Assembly: GCA_913775595.1 (NCBI GenBank)
Contig: CAJYLB010000001.1
Span: forward strand, 496,001-560,000
Origin: an uncultured Aquiluna sp.
GTDB taxonomy: Bacteria; Actinomycetota; Actinomycetes; Actinomycetales; Microbacteriaceae
Direction of reading: 5' to 3'
DNA: 64,000 nt
Both the position numbers and the translations under genes were made by a program. Positions 18,363 to 27,444 of this stretch are shown piece after piece. Numbering within the stretch: position 1 is the stretch's first letter; every line of letters starts with the position of its first letter. The notes below the pieces were generated by a model. It was not told the DNA's origin. It did no database searches and saw only the letters and a list, made by a program, of their open reading frames with translations.

Positions 18363-20348
18363 CTAAACCTGCCTCCGCTCAGAGATCGCCTCTAGGATGA
18401 TTCTCTTCGCCTCGTCTAAGCCAACATCATTTACCTGTTCGCCGGATCGGTATCGGAAGCTCACTGTCTTTGCGCTCGAATCCCTCTCGCCTGCAAGCAG
18501 AAGGAACGGGACCCTATCGAGAGTATGATCGCGAATCTTCTTTTGCATTCTCGAGTCACTTCGGTCCACGAATCCCCTGACACCTTGAGCGCTCAGGTCA
18601 GACAAAAACTCCTCGAGATACTCGGCGAACTCATCTGCAACTGGTACACCCACAACCTGCACCGGCGCCAGCCAGGGCGGGAAATGCCCCGCATAGTGCT
18701 CAGTCAGTACACCAAAGAAGCGCTCGATAGATCCAAAGAGTGCCCTGTGGATCATGATTGGTCTGTGACGATTTCCATCGCTTGCCACATATTCCAGCTC
18801 AAACCTTTCTGGCAGGTTGAAGTCAAGCTGGATGGTCGACATTTGCCAGGTTCGTCCAATGGCATCTCTAGCCTGAACGGAAATCTTCGGCCCGTAAAAC
18901 GCAGCTCCACCTGGGTCAGGAACCAATTCAAGACCACTGGCCTTTGCCACCTTCTCTAATGTTTGGGTAGCCGAAGTCCAAATAGAGTCGTCACCAACGA
19001 ACTTGGGGTTTCCCTCTTCTTTCGTCGATAGCTCTAGGTAAAAGTCATCGAGCCCGTAGTCCCGCAGCAGGTCGAGCACGAAATTCAGAACTCCGGTCAA
19101 TTCGCTCTCAAGCTGCTCGGGAGAAACAAAGAGGTGAGCGTCATCCTGCGTCATGCCCCGGACTCTAGTTAGGCCGTGTAAGACCCCTGATTTCTCGTAT
19201 CTGTAGACGGATCCAAATTCGAACATTCGCAGCGGCAGTTCTCGGTAGCTTCGCGACCTCGACTTGAATACCAAGATGTGAAACGGGCAATTCATGGGCT
19301 TCAGGTAATAATCCTGACCCTGTCGCTTCACGTTCCCCTTTTCGTCAAACTCAGCATCTAGCTTTAAGGCCGGAAACATCCCGTCGGCATACCACTGAAG
19401 GTGTCCGCTGGTTTCAAAAAGGTTCGACTTTGTAATGTGCGGAGAGTAGACAAACTCGTAGCCAGCCTCCTCATGGCGCTGACGACTGTAGTCCTCCATT
19501 ACCCTTCGGATAATTCCGCCCTTTGGGTGGAATACGGCTAAGCCTGAACCAATCTCCTCAGGGAAGCTAAACAGGTCTAGTTCTGCACCGAGCTTTCGGT
19601 GGTCTCTTCGCTGCGCCTCAGCCAGACGTTCCAAATAGGCCTCTTTTGCTTCAACCGTGGGCCATGCAGTGCCGTAGATTCGCTGAAGTTGCTTGTTGCT
19701 CTCGTTTCCACGCCAGTAGGCAGCGGCAACCCTGGTGAGAGCGAAACCCTTGCCGACCATGCGGCTGCTTGGTACGTGGGGGCCTCGGCAAAGATCAAAC
19801 CAGGCAACTGAGCCGTCTGGGTTTACGTTCTCGTAAATGCTCAGCCCACCAGCGCCAACCTCGACTGAACCCTCGCCAACGTCTGAGCTCTTCAGCCCAA
19901 TGAGCTCCAGTTTGTAGGGCTCTTTGGCAAGGCGTCTCTTTGCCTCAGCATCGCTCACTTCAACTCGAACGAATCTTTGACTCTTACCGACGAGCTCCTT
20001 CATCCTCTTTTCAAGACGCTTTAGGTCTTCAGGATTGAAGGGTTCATCTACATCAAAGTCGTAGTAGAAGCCATCCTGGATAGGCGGCCCGATTCCAAGC
20101 TTGGCGTCTGAAAAGAGTTCCTGCACGGCCTGAGCAAGAAGGTGTGCAGTTGAGTGCCTAAGGATGGCAAGTCCCGAATCACTATCGATGCTGATTCCCT
20201 CGACATCATCTCCTACGGCAAGGGTGTATGAGAGGTCTCTCTCTTCCCCATTTACCAGCAAGGCAATGATTGAGCGGTCCTCAAAAAGATCAAATCCGGT
20301 GGCACCCTCACTTACCTGGTGAGTCTTCCCGGCGAGTTTTATCTGCAA
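18363..20348 (-). CDS. thrS: Threonine--tRNA ligase
   Basis: [48 protein letters not shown]; start TTG 20348 after AGGAG SD and TAGACT -10. Confidence 0.97.
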   Translation of the reverse strand: MQIKLAGKTHQVSEGATGFDLFEDRSIIALLVNGEERDLSYTLAVGDDVEGISIDSDSGLAILRHSTAHLLAQAVQELFSDAKLGIGPPIQDGFYYDFDVDEPFNPEDLKRLEKRMKELVGKSQRFVRVEVSDAEAKRRLAKEPYKLELIGLKSSDVGEGSVEVGAGGLSIYENVNPDGSVAWFDLCRGPHVPSSRMVGKGFALTRVAAAYWRGNESNKQLQRIYGTAWPTVEAKEAYLERLAEAQRRDHRKLGAELDLFSFPEEIGSGLAVFHPKGGIIRRVMEDYSRQRHEEAGYEFVYSPHITKSNLFETSGHLQWYADGMFPALKLDAEFDEKGNVKRQGQDYYLKPMNCPFHILVFKSRSRSYRELPLRMFEFGSVYRYEKSGVLHGLTRVRGMTQDDAHLFVSPEQLESELTGVLNFVLDLLRDYGLDDFYLELSTKEEGNPKFVGDDSIWTSATQTLEKVAKASGLELVPDPGGAAFYGPKISVQARDAIGRTWQMSTIQLDFNLPERFELEYVASDGNRHRPIMIHRALFGSIERFFGVLTEHYAGHFPPWLAPVQVVGVPVADEFAEYLEEFLSDLSAQGVRGFVDRSDSRMQKKIRDHTLDRVPFLLLAGERDSSAKTVSFRYRSGEQVNDVGLDEAKRIILEAISERRQV

Positions 20349-20432
20349 CTTCGCTCCTAACCCGCCCAGTCTAGCCACGAAGTAAGGCTTGCCTTGCTAG
20401 AGAAATGACCTGACATAGGCAATAGTGTCTTC

Positions 20433-20969
20433 GTGTCTTCTTCAAGTGATCGCGAACTAGAGCGAAAGCTCAACTGGCTCAGAGCCGCTGTACTGGGCGC
20501 AAACGACGGCATTGTGTCGGTGGCGGGAATGGTGATGGGAGTCGCCGGAGCCGGCGCAGATCGCCCCACGGTCCTGCTCGCAGGTATCGCGGCACTCGTT
20601 GCCGGCTCGATTTCAATGGGTGGTGGCGAGTACGTCTCGGTTTCTGCCCAACGAGACACAGAACTCTCCTACGGACGCACGCCGAATGAGGTCAACGCCC
20701 ATCCCTGGGGTGCAGCCTGGAGTTCGTTCTTAGCTTTCGCAGCTGGCGCAGTGCTGCCATTGATTGCCATTACTGGGCCTTGGGAGGCATACCGCGAGGT
20801 TGCCACAGTCGCTGCAGTCGTGGTGGCCCTGACCCTCACCGGTTGGTGGGCAGCATGGGCAGGAGGATCATCACCGGTGAAGTCGATCCTGCGCAACGTT
20901 GCCATTAGCCTTCTCACAATGGGCATCTCCTACGGAATCGGCTCTTTGCTGGGCGTAACCGTCCTCTAA
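20433..20969 (+). CDS. VIT1/CCC1 family Fe/Mn transporter (short form)
   Basis: LNWLRAAVLGANDGIVS, AGSISMGGGEYVSV, PW.AA.SSF. Confidence 0.88.
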   Translation: MSSSSDRELERKLNWLRAAVLGANDGIVSVAGMVMGVAGAGADRPTVLLAGIAALVAGSISMGGGEYVSVSAQRDTELSYGRTPNEVNAHPWGAAWSSFLAFAAGAVLPLIAITGPWEAYREVATVAAVVVALTLTGWWAAWAGGSSPVKSILRNVAISLLTMGISYGIGSLLGVTVL

Positions 20970-20986
20970 GCCGTTACCCTTATTAC

Positions 20987-22453
20987 ATGCCCGAGCTAGA
21001 GAAATATGACGTCGCGCTTGTTGGTGGCGGCATCATGTCCGCGACACTCGGCGTACTCATAAAGCTTGCAGAGCCGAAGACTCGCGTCGTCATGTTTGAG
21101 CGTCTTGGTGAGGTGGCGGAAGAGTCATCGGATGCTTGGAACAACGCTGGAACCGGGCACGCTGCCCTCTGCGAGCTCAATTACATGCCTGACAGCAAAG
21201 ATGGCAGCCTGCCAGACGCAACAAAGGCAATCTCAATCAATGAGCAGTTCCAGGTCTCCAGGCAGTTCTGGGCTTATTGCGTTCAAAAGGGAATTCTGGA
21301 AAAGCCAGAGACTTTCATCCGCACCGTCCCCCACATGACTTTTGTAAAGGGCGAAAAAGACGTCGACTACCTCTCCAGAAGGCACACGGCGCTAAAGGAG
21401 CAGCCGTTATTCGCGGGCATGGAGTTTTCGGAGGATCCAACCGAGATTTCCAAATGGATACCGCTCATGATGGATGGCAGGGCCAAAGAGCAAGTTGCCG
21501 CCACCTGGATAGAGCAGGGCACAGATGTTGACTATGGAGCGATAACTCGCCAGATGACCTCATGGCTCGAAAAGTCGGGTGTCGAGATCCGCAGATCGAG
21601 CGAGGTTAAGAACCTTTACCAGTACAAGGATGGCTCCTGGCAGCTCTGGCTTGGCTCGCAAGGTGATTTCGTAGCAGCCACAAAGGTTTTCGTTGGCGCG
21701 GGCGGCTACTCTCTCAAGTTGCTTCAGAAGTCAGGGATCCCTGAAATTGACGGATACGGCACATTCCCCGTTTCGGGCCATTTCCTTAGGACCGACAATC
21801 CTGAGCTTGTAAAAAGGCACAATGCCAAGGTCTACTCTCAGGCGGCCGTCGGAGCTCCTCCAATGAGCGTTCCCCATCTGGACACCAGGGTAGTTGATGG
21901 CAAGCAATCTCTATTGTTCGGGCCATTCGCAGGGATTAAGCCTAAGTTCCTCAAGAACGGCTCGGTTTTCGATCTCCCACTGTCTGTTAGGCCTAGGAAC
22001 ATACTTCCTTATCTCTCCGTTGCCCTGAAAAACTTGGACCTTTTGATTTACCTCATCAAAGAGATAACCAAGTCCAAGAAAGCCAAATTGGAAATGCTTC
22101 GTGAGTTTGTGCCAACTGCAAAGCCAGAGGACTGGACTTACTACGAGGCGGGACAGAGGGCGCAGATCATCAAGCCCGCGGGACGTCTAGGGACGCTCCA
22201 GTTCGGCACCGAGGTGGTCTCTTCGTCAGATGGCACTATCGCTGGTTTATTGGGCGCAAGCCCGGGCGCGTCTGTGTCCGTTTGGGCCATGCTGGACGTT
22301 CTTGAGCGACTCGCTCCAAAGACGCTTGACGCCTACAGCTCTGGTGAACTGGCCGGTGCCATAGACGGATTCCGAACTAACCTCAACACCACCCCTTCTA
22401 AGGCAAAGCGCCACCTGAGCGCTACAGCAAAAGTCCTGAAACTGAGCAAATAG
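20987..22453 (+). CDS. mqo: Malate:quinone oxidoreductase
   Basis: LVGGGIMSATLG, ESSDAWNNAGTGH, PPMSVPHLDTR, AGQRAQII, GASPGAS. Confidence 0.97.
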   Translation: MPELEKYDVALVGGGIMSATLGVLIKLAEPKTRVVMFERLGEVAEESSDAWNNAGTGHAALCELNYMPDSKDGSLPDATKAISINEQFQVSRQFWAYCVQKGILEKPETFIRTVPHMTFVKGEKDVDYLSRRHTALKEQPLFAGMEFSEDPTEISKWIPLMMDGRAKEQVAATWIEQGTDVDYGAITRQMTSWLEKSGVEIRRSSEVKNLYQYKDGSWQLWLGSQGDFVAATKVFVGAGGYSLKLLQKSGIPEIDGYGTFPVSGHFLRTDNPELVKRHNAKVYSQAAVGAPPMSVPHLDTRVVDGKQSLLFGPFAGIKPKFLKNGSVFDLPLSVRPRNILPYLSVALKNLDLLIYLIKEITKSKKAKLEMLREFVPTAKPEDWTYYEAGQRAQIIKPAGRLGTLQFGTEVVSSSDGTIAGLLGASPGASVSVWAMLDVLERLAPKTLDAYSSGELAGAIDGFRTNLNTTPSKAKRHLSATAKVLKLSK

Positions 22454-22482
22454 AAAAACCCCCGATCCGAGTGGACCGGGGG
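22454..22482 (-). terminator. Intrinsic terminator between mqo and the 5'-nucleotidase gene
   Basis: Minus strand CCCCCGGTCC-actc-GGATCGGGGG followed by TTTTT; may also act on the + strand. Confidence 0.8.
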
Positions 22483-22495
22483 CCTTTCCTATCAG

Positions 22496-24421
22496 CTAGT
22501 AACCAATCAAGGTCACTCGACCATCAGTTCCCGAGTAGATGGAGGTTGCAGGTATCTCTGGATATCCGCTGTCTCCAACAGGGAAGCTCTGGAGGAATCT
22601 CTTCAGAGCATCTGCATAGTCTGGTCCAATCTGAACTGGGGTGTACTTCGCGAAGGTTGGGTAACCATCGCCACCAGCTCCGATGAAGGCGTTAGTGGTA
22701 ACGGTGATGTCCGGAGCACCAGAGACGATGACACCGTCCTTGATGATCTCAGTTCCATCGTCGAGGGTGAAGGTGCGAACCCTGTTTCCCTCAACTGCAA
22801 TTGAGTCCTCGTCGTCCGACAACACCTGGGCCGTGTAGCTGGCGTCAAACGTCACCTTCGCACCAGCGATCTGGAGGAAGGCTCCATTGCTGCTGTTTGC
22901 AACAGCTGCGCTGCGCTCTAGAAGCGAGCGAACATCTGCCGGAGACATCTCAACAAATACGACTTCCTTGTTTGCAAATGGCATGAAGTTGTAGACGTCT
23001 TGCATTGAGATGTTGTCAGTTCCAGCCGCTGGGAAGTCATCCCCGCCATTCTGACGAAGCCCACCACCGTTTTGAACAGCGATGACGTTCTCGGTCGGCA
23101 GTGACAGCTCCGCGGCAATCAGGTTGTAGGAGTAGAGCTGAGAGTCTGTTGCAAGGTTGCCCATTGCTGACTCTCCATTCCTCATTGCTGGTCTTGACCT
23201 GTCAAGGTTCAAGGTGGTCGAGGCAATGATTGTTGTTGCTAGTGCATCCGTGCAGGTCTCAACAGGCGTCGTTGCAAGCGCCTTGATAACTGCATCCTCA
23301 GTCACTGCATCCGTCGCGCCCACGGCAGTAGACACGGCGTCCTCAACAATTACTCGGCGAGGGTAGGAGTCGGCATCCCAGCCCTTTACGTGGCCGTCAG
23401 CGTCGAACCTCACATCGAGGCGACCAAGATAGTTGTAATTACCCTTGGCGGTAACCATTGGGACAATCATTCCTGACTTGTTGCGAGCAATTATCGGGTA
23501 GTCGCCCTGAATGTCCTCACGGTCACCAGGGAGCATCTTCAACTGTGCTCCAAGACCAAGAGGGGCCTGCAGCAACTCATCGCCTCCACCGGCAACTGCA
23601 ACGTCGACATCTTCTAGAAGAGAGACAAGCTCACGATCGTTAGCAAGGCTCTGAAGGTGGCTCACGAGAATGATCTTGTTGACGCCAGCGGCAGTCAAGG
23701 CATCAATCTCGGCCTGAACCACGACTGCTGTGTCGGCGATGTTACGAGTGGTAACCGTTGCGGTTCCAGGACTTGAAACAGTAGGAAGATCCGGATACAT
23801 CGAGCTCACTACGCCGAATACCTCGCCGGAGACGGGGTCAGTGTGGGTGTAGCTCTTTCCGAGGGTTCCAGCCGCTGCGAGAGCGGAAAGGTCAGCATTC
23901 TCGCTGAAGTCCATGTTGCCCGATATGAAAGTGTGGTCTGACTTTCCAGACTGGGCGGTAACAGTGTTGATGAATCGCTTCAAGAAGTTTGTACCGAAGT
24001 CGAACTCGTGGTTACCAAGAATGTGTACGTCGTACTCCATCAGCCCCTGCGCTACCGCGTCGTAGACAGTCTGAGTGCTGTCCTTAGTTGATGGAGCGGA
24101 ACAGTTGAGAGCCGGACTGGCGAGATAGCTATCGCCAGCATAGACAGTAAGGACGCTGTTTCCCTGCCCACGGGCATCAGCAATCTCTCTGTCCATGACT
24201 GAGGCGAACGCCGCAATACCGCCGATCGTAAGATTTGCTCCCGATGGCAGTTCGTACTCGTCTGAAGAAAGTGCCGATTCCCCATCGTTATTGTGCAGGA
24301 GCGACAGAGTTACCTGATTGTCACTGTGACCTGCAGAGATAGCAGCCGCTGGCGCAAGCGCAATGGCAATGCCTGCAGCCGATACTGCAGCAACTATCCC
24401 CCTTATTTTGCTTTGCATCAT
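22496..24421 (-). CDS. Secreted bifunctional metallophosphatase / 5'-nucleotidase family protein
   Basis: Signal-peptide-like N-terminus; LLHNND, AGD, GNHEFD, LGRLDV; C-terminal domain ESAMGNLATD, QNGGGLR, FLQIAG, GGDGY; AGGAG SD. Confidence 0.88.
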   Translation of the reverse strand: MMQSKIRGIVAAVSAAGIAIALAPAAAISAGHSDNQVTLSLLHNNDGESALSSDEYELPSGANLTIGGIAAFASVMDREIADARGQGNSVLTVYAGDSYLASPALNCSAPSTKDSTQTVYDAVAQGLMEYDVHILGNHEFDFGTNFLKRFINTVTAQSGKSDHTFISGNMDFSENADLSALAAAGTLGKSYTHTDPVSGEVFGVVSSMYPDLPTVSSPGTATVTTRNIADTAVVVQAEIDALTAAGVNKIILVSHLQSLANDRELVSLLEDVDVAVAGGGDELLQAPLGLGAQLKMLPGDREDIQGDYPIIARNKSGMIVPMVTAKGNYNYLGRLDVRFDADGHVKGWDADSYPRRVIVEDAVSTAVGATDAVTEDAVIKALATTPVETCTDALATTIIASTTLNLDRSRPAMRNGESAMGNLATDSQLYSYNLIAAELSLPTENVIAVQNGGGLRQNGGDDFPAAGTDNISMQDVYNFMPFANKEVVFVEMSPADVRSLLERSAAVANSSNGAFLQIAGAKVTFDASYTAQVLSDDEDSIAVEGNRVRTFTLDDGTEIIKDGVIVSGAPDITVTTNAFIGAGGDGYPTFAKYTPVQIGPDYADALKRFLQSFPVGDSGYPEIPATSIYSGTDGRVTLIGY

Positions 24422-24553
24422 TGATCTCCTGACCTGTGCTCTGAGAGGCCAGAACCATCTTTGAGTTCGGCCTCATTCAAAACCTAGTGCCGAACATCTT
24501 GGGAAAGTTAACTCAGTTAAAACTCAATTCAACTAGTGGATGAAGGTTTTTCA

Positions 24554-24628
24554 TGGTGGGCGATACTGGGTTCGAACCAGTGACCTCTTCCGTGTCAGGG
24601 AAGCGCGCTACCACTGCGCCAATCGCCC
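24554..24628 (-). tRNA. tRNA-Val(GAC)
   Basis: GGGCGATTGGCGCAGTGGTAGCGCG-CTTCC-CT-GAC-AC-GGAAG...GGTTCGAACC...ATCGCCCACCA; CCA encoded. Confidence 0.96.
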
Positions 24629-24641
24629 GGGTTGTAGCTAG

Positions 24642-24712
24642 AGGTGAAGACGGGATTCGAACCCGTGTATACGGCTTTGCAGGCCGCTGCCTCGCCTCTC
24701 GGCCACTCCACC
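24642..24712 (-). tRNA. tRNA-Cys(GCA)
   Basis: GGTGGAGTGGCCGAGAGGCGAGGCAGCGGC-CT-GCA-AA-GCCG...GGTTCGAATCC...CTTCACCT; CCA not encoded. Confidence 0.95.
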
Positions 24713-24734
24713 GTTTCAGGGTGAAACCTCTGAG

Positions 24735-24807
24735 AGCGGATGACGAGACTCGAACTCGCGACCCCAACCTTGGCAAGGTTGTGCGCTACCAACTGCGCCA
24801 CATCCGC
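24735..24807 (-). tRNA. tRNA-Gly(GCC)
   Basis: GCGGATGTGGCGCAGTTGGTAGCGCA-CAACC-TT-GCC-AA-GGTTG...AGTTCGAGTCT...CATCCGCT; CCA not encoded. Confidence 0.96.
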
Positions 24808-24862
24808 ACTGCTCCATATGGAACCTTTGAATTATGCCATAAAAGAAACACCAGTGGGCAAA

Positions 24863-24896
24863 GCTAAAGGGGCGAGATTTCCCTCGCCCCTCTAGC
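24863..24896 (-). terminator. Hairpin downstream of amt (probable terminator)
   Basis: AGGGGCGAG/CTCGCCCCT inverted repeat extended by GCTA/TAGC, about 12 nt after the amt stop; short T-tract. Confidence 0.7.
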
Positions 24897-24908
24897 CCTA
24901 TGTTTTGT

Positions 24909-26132
24909 CTAGGACTTAGCCTCTGCGTCCTGGCCGAAGCTGTATGCAGCCTCACCGTGAACGACTAGGTCAACGCCTGCGATCTCTTCCTCGCTCTTGA
25001 CCCTGAAGCCAATCGTCTTCTCGATTGCGAAGCCAATGACAAGGGCCAGTACGAAGCTGTAGATGAGCACTCCAAAGGCTGCAACGGTCTGAACCAGAAG
25101 CTGGCCAGCGTCACCACCAGTGAAGAGTCCGGTGTCGATGGCAAAGAAGCCCAGGTAGAGAGTTCCTACTAGACCAGCCACGAGGTGGATTCCAACTACG
25201 TCAAGAGAGTCGTCGTAGCCGAGCTTGAACTTGAGGTCTACAGCCAAAGCTGAGAGCACGCCAGCCAGAACACCCAACACCAGGGCCCAGAATGGGGTTA
25301 CGTTGGCACATGCTGGGGTGATTGCCACCAGACCTGCAACTGCACCTGAGGCGGCACCGATTGACGTTGCCTTACCCTCCTTGACCTTCTCGATTGCTAG
25401 CCAGCCGAGAATGGCGGCTGCGGTAGCGCCGAGAGTGTTCACAGTAATCAGTCCCACGTTCTCCATGTTGTTTAGGAACTCTGCACCTACGTTGAATCCG
25501 AACCAGCCGAACCATAGGAGTGCCGCGCCCAGAAGAACGAGGGGAACGTTGTGTGGTTGCATGATGCCCTTTGCAAAGCCAAATCGCTTACCCAGCACGA
25601 TGGCAAGGGCGAGAGCGGCAGCACCCGCGTTGATGTGAACTGCTGTTCCGCCCGCGTAGTCGATTACGTCAGCGGTACCAAACCAGGTTCCAAGTTCCAT
25701 GATCCAACCGCCACCCCAAACCCAAGAGGCCACAGGGAAGTACACGAGTGTGGCCCAGATCCCGGCAAACACGAGCCAAGGGCCGAACTTGGCGCGGTCA
25801 GCAATGGAGCCTGAGATCAAGGCAACAGTAATAATCGCGAAGGTCGCACCAAACGCCGCACCAATCAGGTCATCGTTTCCGAGACCATCGAGCGCGAAGG
25901 TGGCGAATGGGTTTCCAGAGAAGTCTGTTGGGCTCTCAACAGCAGACATGCTGAAGCCGTAGAGAATCCAGAGCACTCCGATGAGTGCCAGCGAGCCGAA
26001 GCTCATCATCATCATGCTTACAACGCTTTTTGCCTTAACCAATCCCCCGTAGAAAAAGGCCAAACCTGGCGTCATGAGCAGGACGAAGGCGGTAGCAGTT
26101 ACCGCCCAGCTAAGTGAACCTGTGTCCAACAT
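24909..26132 (-). CDS. amt: Ammonium transporter (Amt)
   Basis: MTPGLAFFYGG, DYAGGTAVH, LWFGWFGFN, GLVAITP, DDSLDVVGIH; both pore histidines present. Confidence 0.96.
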   Translation of the reverse strand: MLDTGSLSWAVTATAFVLLMTPGLAFFYGGLVKAKSVVSMMMMSFGSLALIGVLWILYGFSMSAVESPTDFSGNPFATFALDGLGNDDLIGAAFGATFAIITVALISGSIADRAKFGPWLVFAGIWATLVYFPVASWVWGGGWIMELGTWFGTADVIDYAGGTAVHINAGAAALALAIVLGKRFGFAKGIMQPHNVPLVLLGAALLWFGWFGFNVGAEFLNNMENVGLITVNTLGATAAAILGWLAIEKVKEGKATSIGAASGAVAGLVAITPACANVTPFWALVLGVLAGVLSALAVDLKFKLGYDDSLDVVGIHLVAGLVGTLYLGFFAIDTGLFTGGDAGQLLVQTVAAFGVLIYSFVLALVIGFAIEKTIGFRVKSEEEIAGVDLVVHGEAAYSFGQDAEAKS

Positions 26133-26189
26133 TTAATTACCTTCCTTTGAATGACCGAGTGGCCAATGCAGAAATGTTGGGGCCTCCAT

Positions 26190-26227
26190 GTTTCAAAAGG
26201 CGTCTAGTTTTGTTAATTCCCTGTTAC
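26190..26227 (-). promoter_or_regulatory. Putative GlnR binding array upstream of amt
   Basis: Minus strand GTAAC-n6-TTAAC-n6-agacg-n6-GAAAC with 11-bp periodicity, resembling the actinobacterial gTnAc-n6-GaAAc box. Confidence 0.65.
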
Positions 26228-26307
26228 ATCGATGCGTCCACAGTCAGGCAGGTGGAAATCTTTAGAGCCGGAAATCTCTTATCCTTTACTGGAACCTAAG
26301 GAGACGA

Positions 26308-27444
26308 ATGAAAAGCGATAGGTCCGCAGCGCTACTGCTCATGGGAGCCGCAATTCTCGGCCTCGTGATCGCCAACAGCCCCTTTGGGCCCGCTTTTCTA
26401 GATTTCAAGTATTCATACGTAGGGCTGGAGGAACTTGGGCTAAAGCTGACCGTAGAGCACTGGGTCTCGGATCTGCTTCTCGCGACCTTCTTCCTTGTAG
26501 CGGGTCTGGAGCTCAAATATGAGCTGACTGTTGGTGTGCTCTCGAAGCCCTCCACGGCGCTTGTACCGATACTTGCGGGTGTAGGTGGAGTGGTGGTTCC
26601 GGCCTTGATTTATACCGCCTTCAATTGGGGCAGCGACTACATGGTTGGCTGGCCCATTCCTACAGCAACCGACATTGCCTTTGCACTTGGCGTGCTGGCG
26701 ATCTTCGGTCGTGGAATGCCAAAGCCCGCGCGGGTTTTCCTTCTTGCACTAGCGATCTTTGATGACCTTGTAGCGATTCTGATAATCGCAATCTTCTACA
26801 CCGAGGACGTTCGAATCGAATGGCTGTTAGCAGCCGCTATTGTCCTTGCAGGTCATTCACTTGCAGAGCGCTTCAACAAGCTTCCGATCAACTACGTCCG
26901 GATTCTAACCTTCCTACTTGTTTGGTATGCCGTTTACCAGTCCGGTGTTCACGCAACCATCGCTGGAGTAGCCCTGGGGCTAATCATTCCTGCGAAGAAG
27001 ACCCACGCGCTGGTTGGGAAGATACAGCCATGGACCAACACAGTCTCGCTACCAGTCTTCGCATTCTTTGCGGTTGCCATCGCGCTTCCAACCTTTGACG
27101 GTAGCTTCTCGACCGTATTTACCGGCATCAGCGTTGCCTTACCAGTTGGAAAGATCGTGGGTATCACTGCCCTTGCATTCATTGCCAACAAGATAGCCAA
27201 GGAAGAGGCAAGGCTTGAGCTGGAGCTTCCTGACTTTGCGGCTATAGCTGGGCTTGCCGGAGTGGGCTTCACCGTCTCGCTCTTGATGGCAAACCTTGCG
27301 TTTGTCGGTGCACCTCAGATACTCGCCGAGGCCACTCTGGCGGTCATCATCGGCTCACTGCTTTCAATGGCCTTTGGTGCTTGGCTTTCTCAAAAGCGTG
27401 GCCGCTACTACATGGCGAAACATCGCGAGGAGAATGCCGCCTAG
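26308..27444 (+). CDS. nhaA: Na+/H+ antiporter NhaA
   Basis: FFLVAGLELKYE, GWPIPTATDIAFALG, AIFDDL, SGVHATIAG, GVGFTVS; AAGGAG SD. Confidence 0.94.
   Translation: MKSDRSAALLLMGAAILGLVIANSPFGPAFLDFKYSYVGLEELGLKLTVEHWVSDLLLATFFLVAGLELKYELTVGVLSKPSTALVPILAGVGGVVVPALIYTAFNWGSDYMVGWPIPTATDIAFALGVLAIFGRGMPKPARVFLLALAIFDDLVAILIIAIFYTEDVRIEWLLAAAIVLAGHSLAERFNKLPINYVRILTFLLVWYAVYQSGVHATIAGVALGLIIPAKKTHALVGKIQPWTNTVSLPVFAFFAVAIALPTFDGSFSTVFTGISVALPVGKIVGITALAFIANKIAKEEARLELELPDFAAIAGLAGVGFTVSLLMANLAFVGAPQILAEATLAVIIGSLLSMAFGAWLSQKRGRYYMAKHREENAA

Noticed and set aside
20380..24553. Integrative element at the tRNA-Val 3' end
   Set aside because: No integrase, transposase or duplicated tRNA 3' end was noticed; the genes are metabolic.
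24513..24955. Several ORFs of 68-104 aa
   Set aside because: They overlap three well-formed tRNA genes and show no protein motifs.
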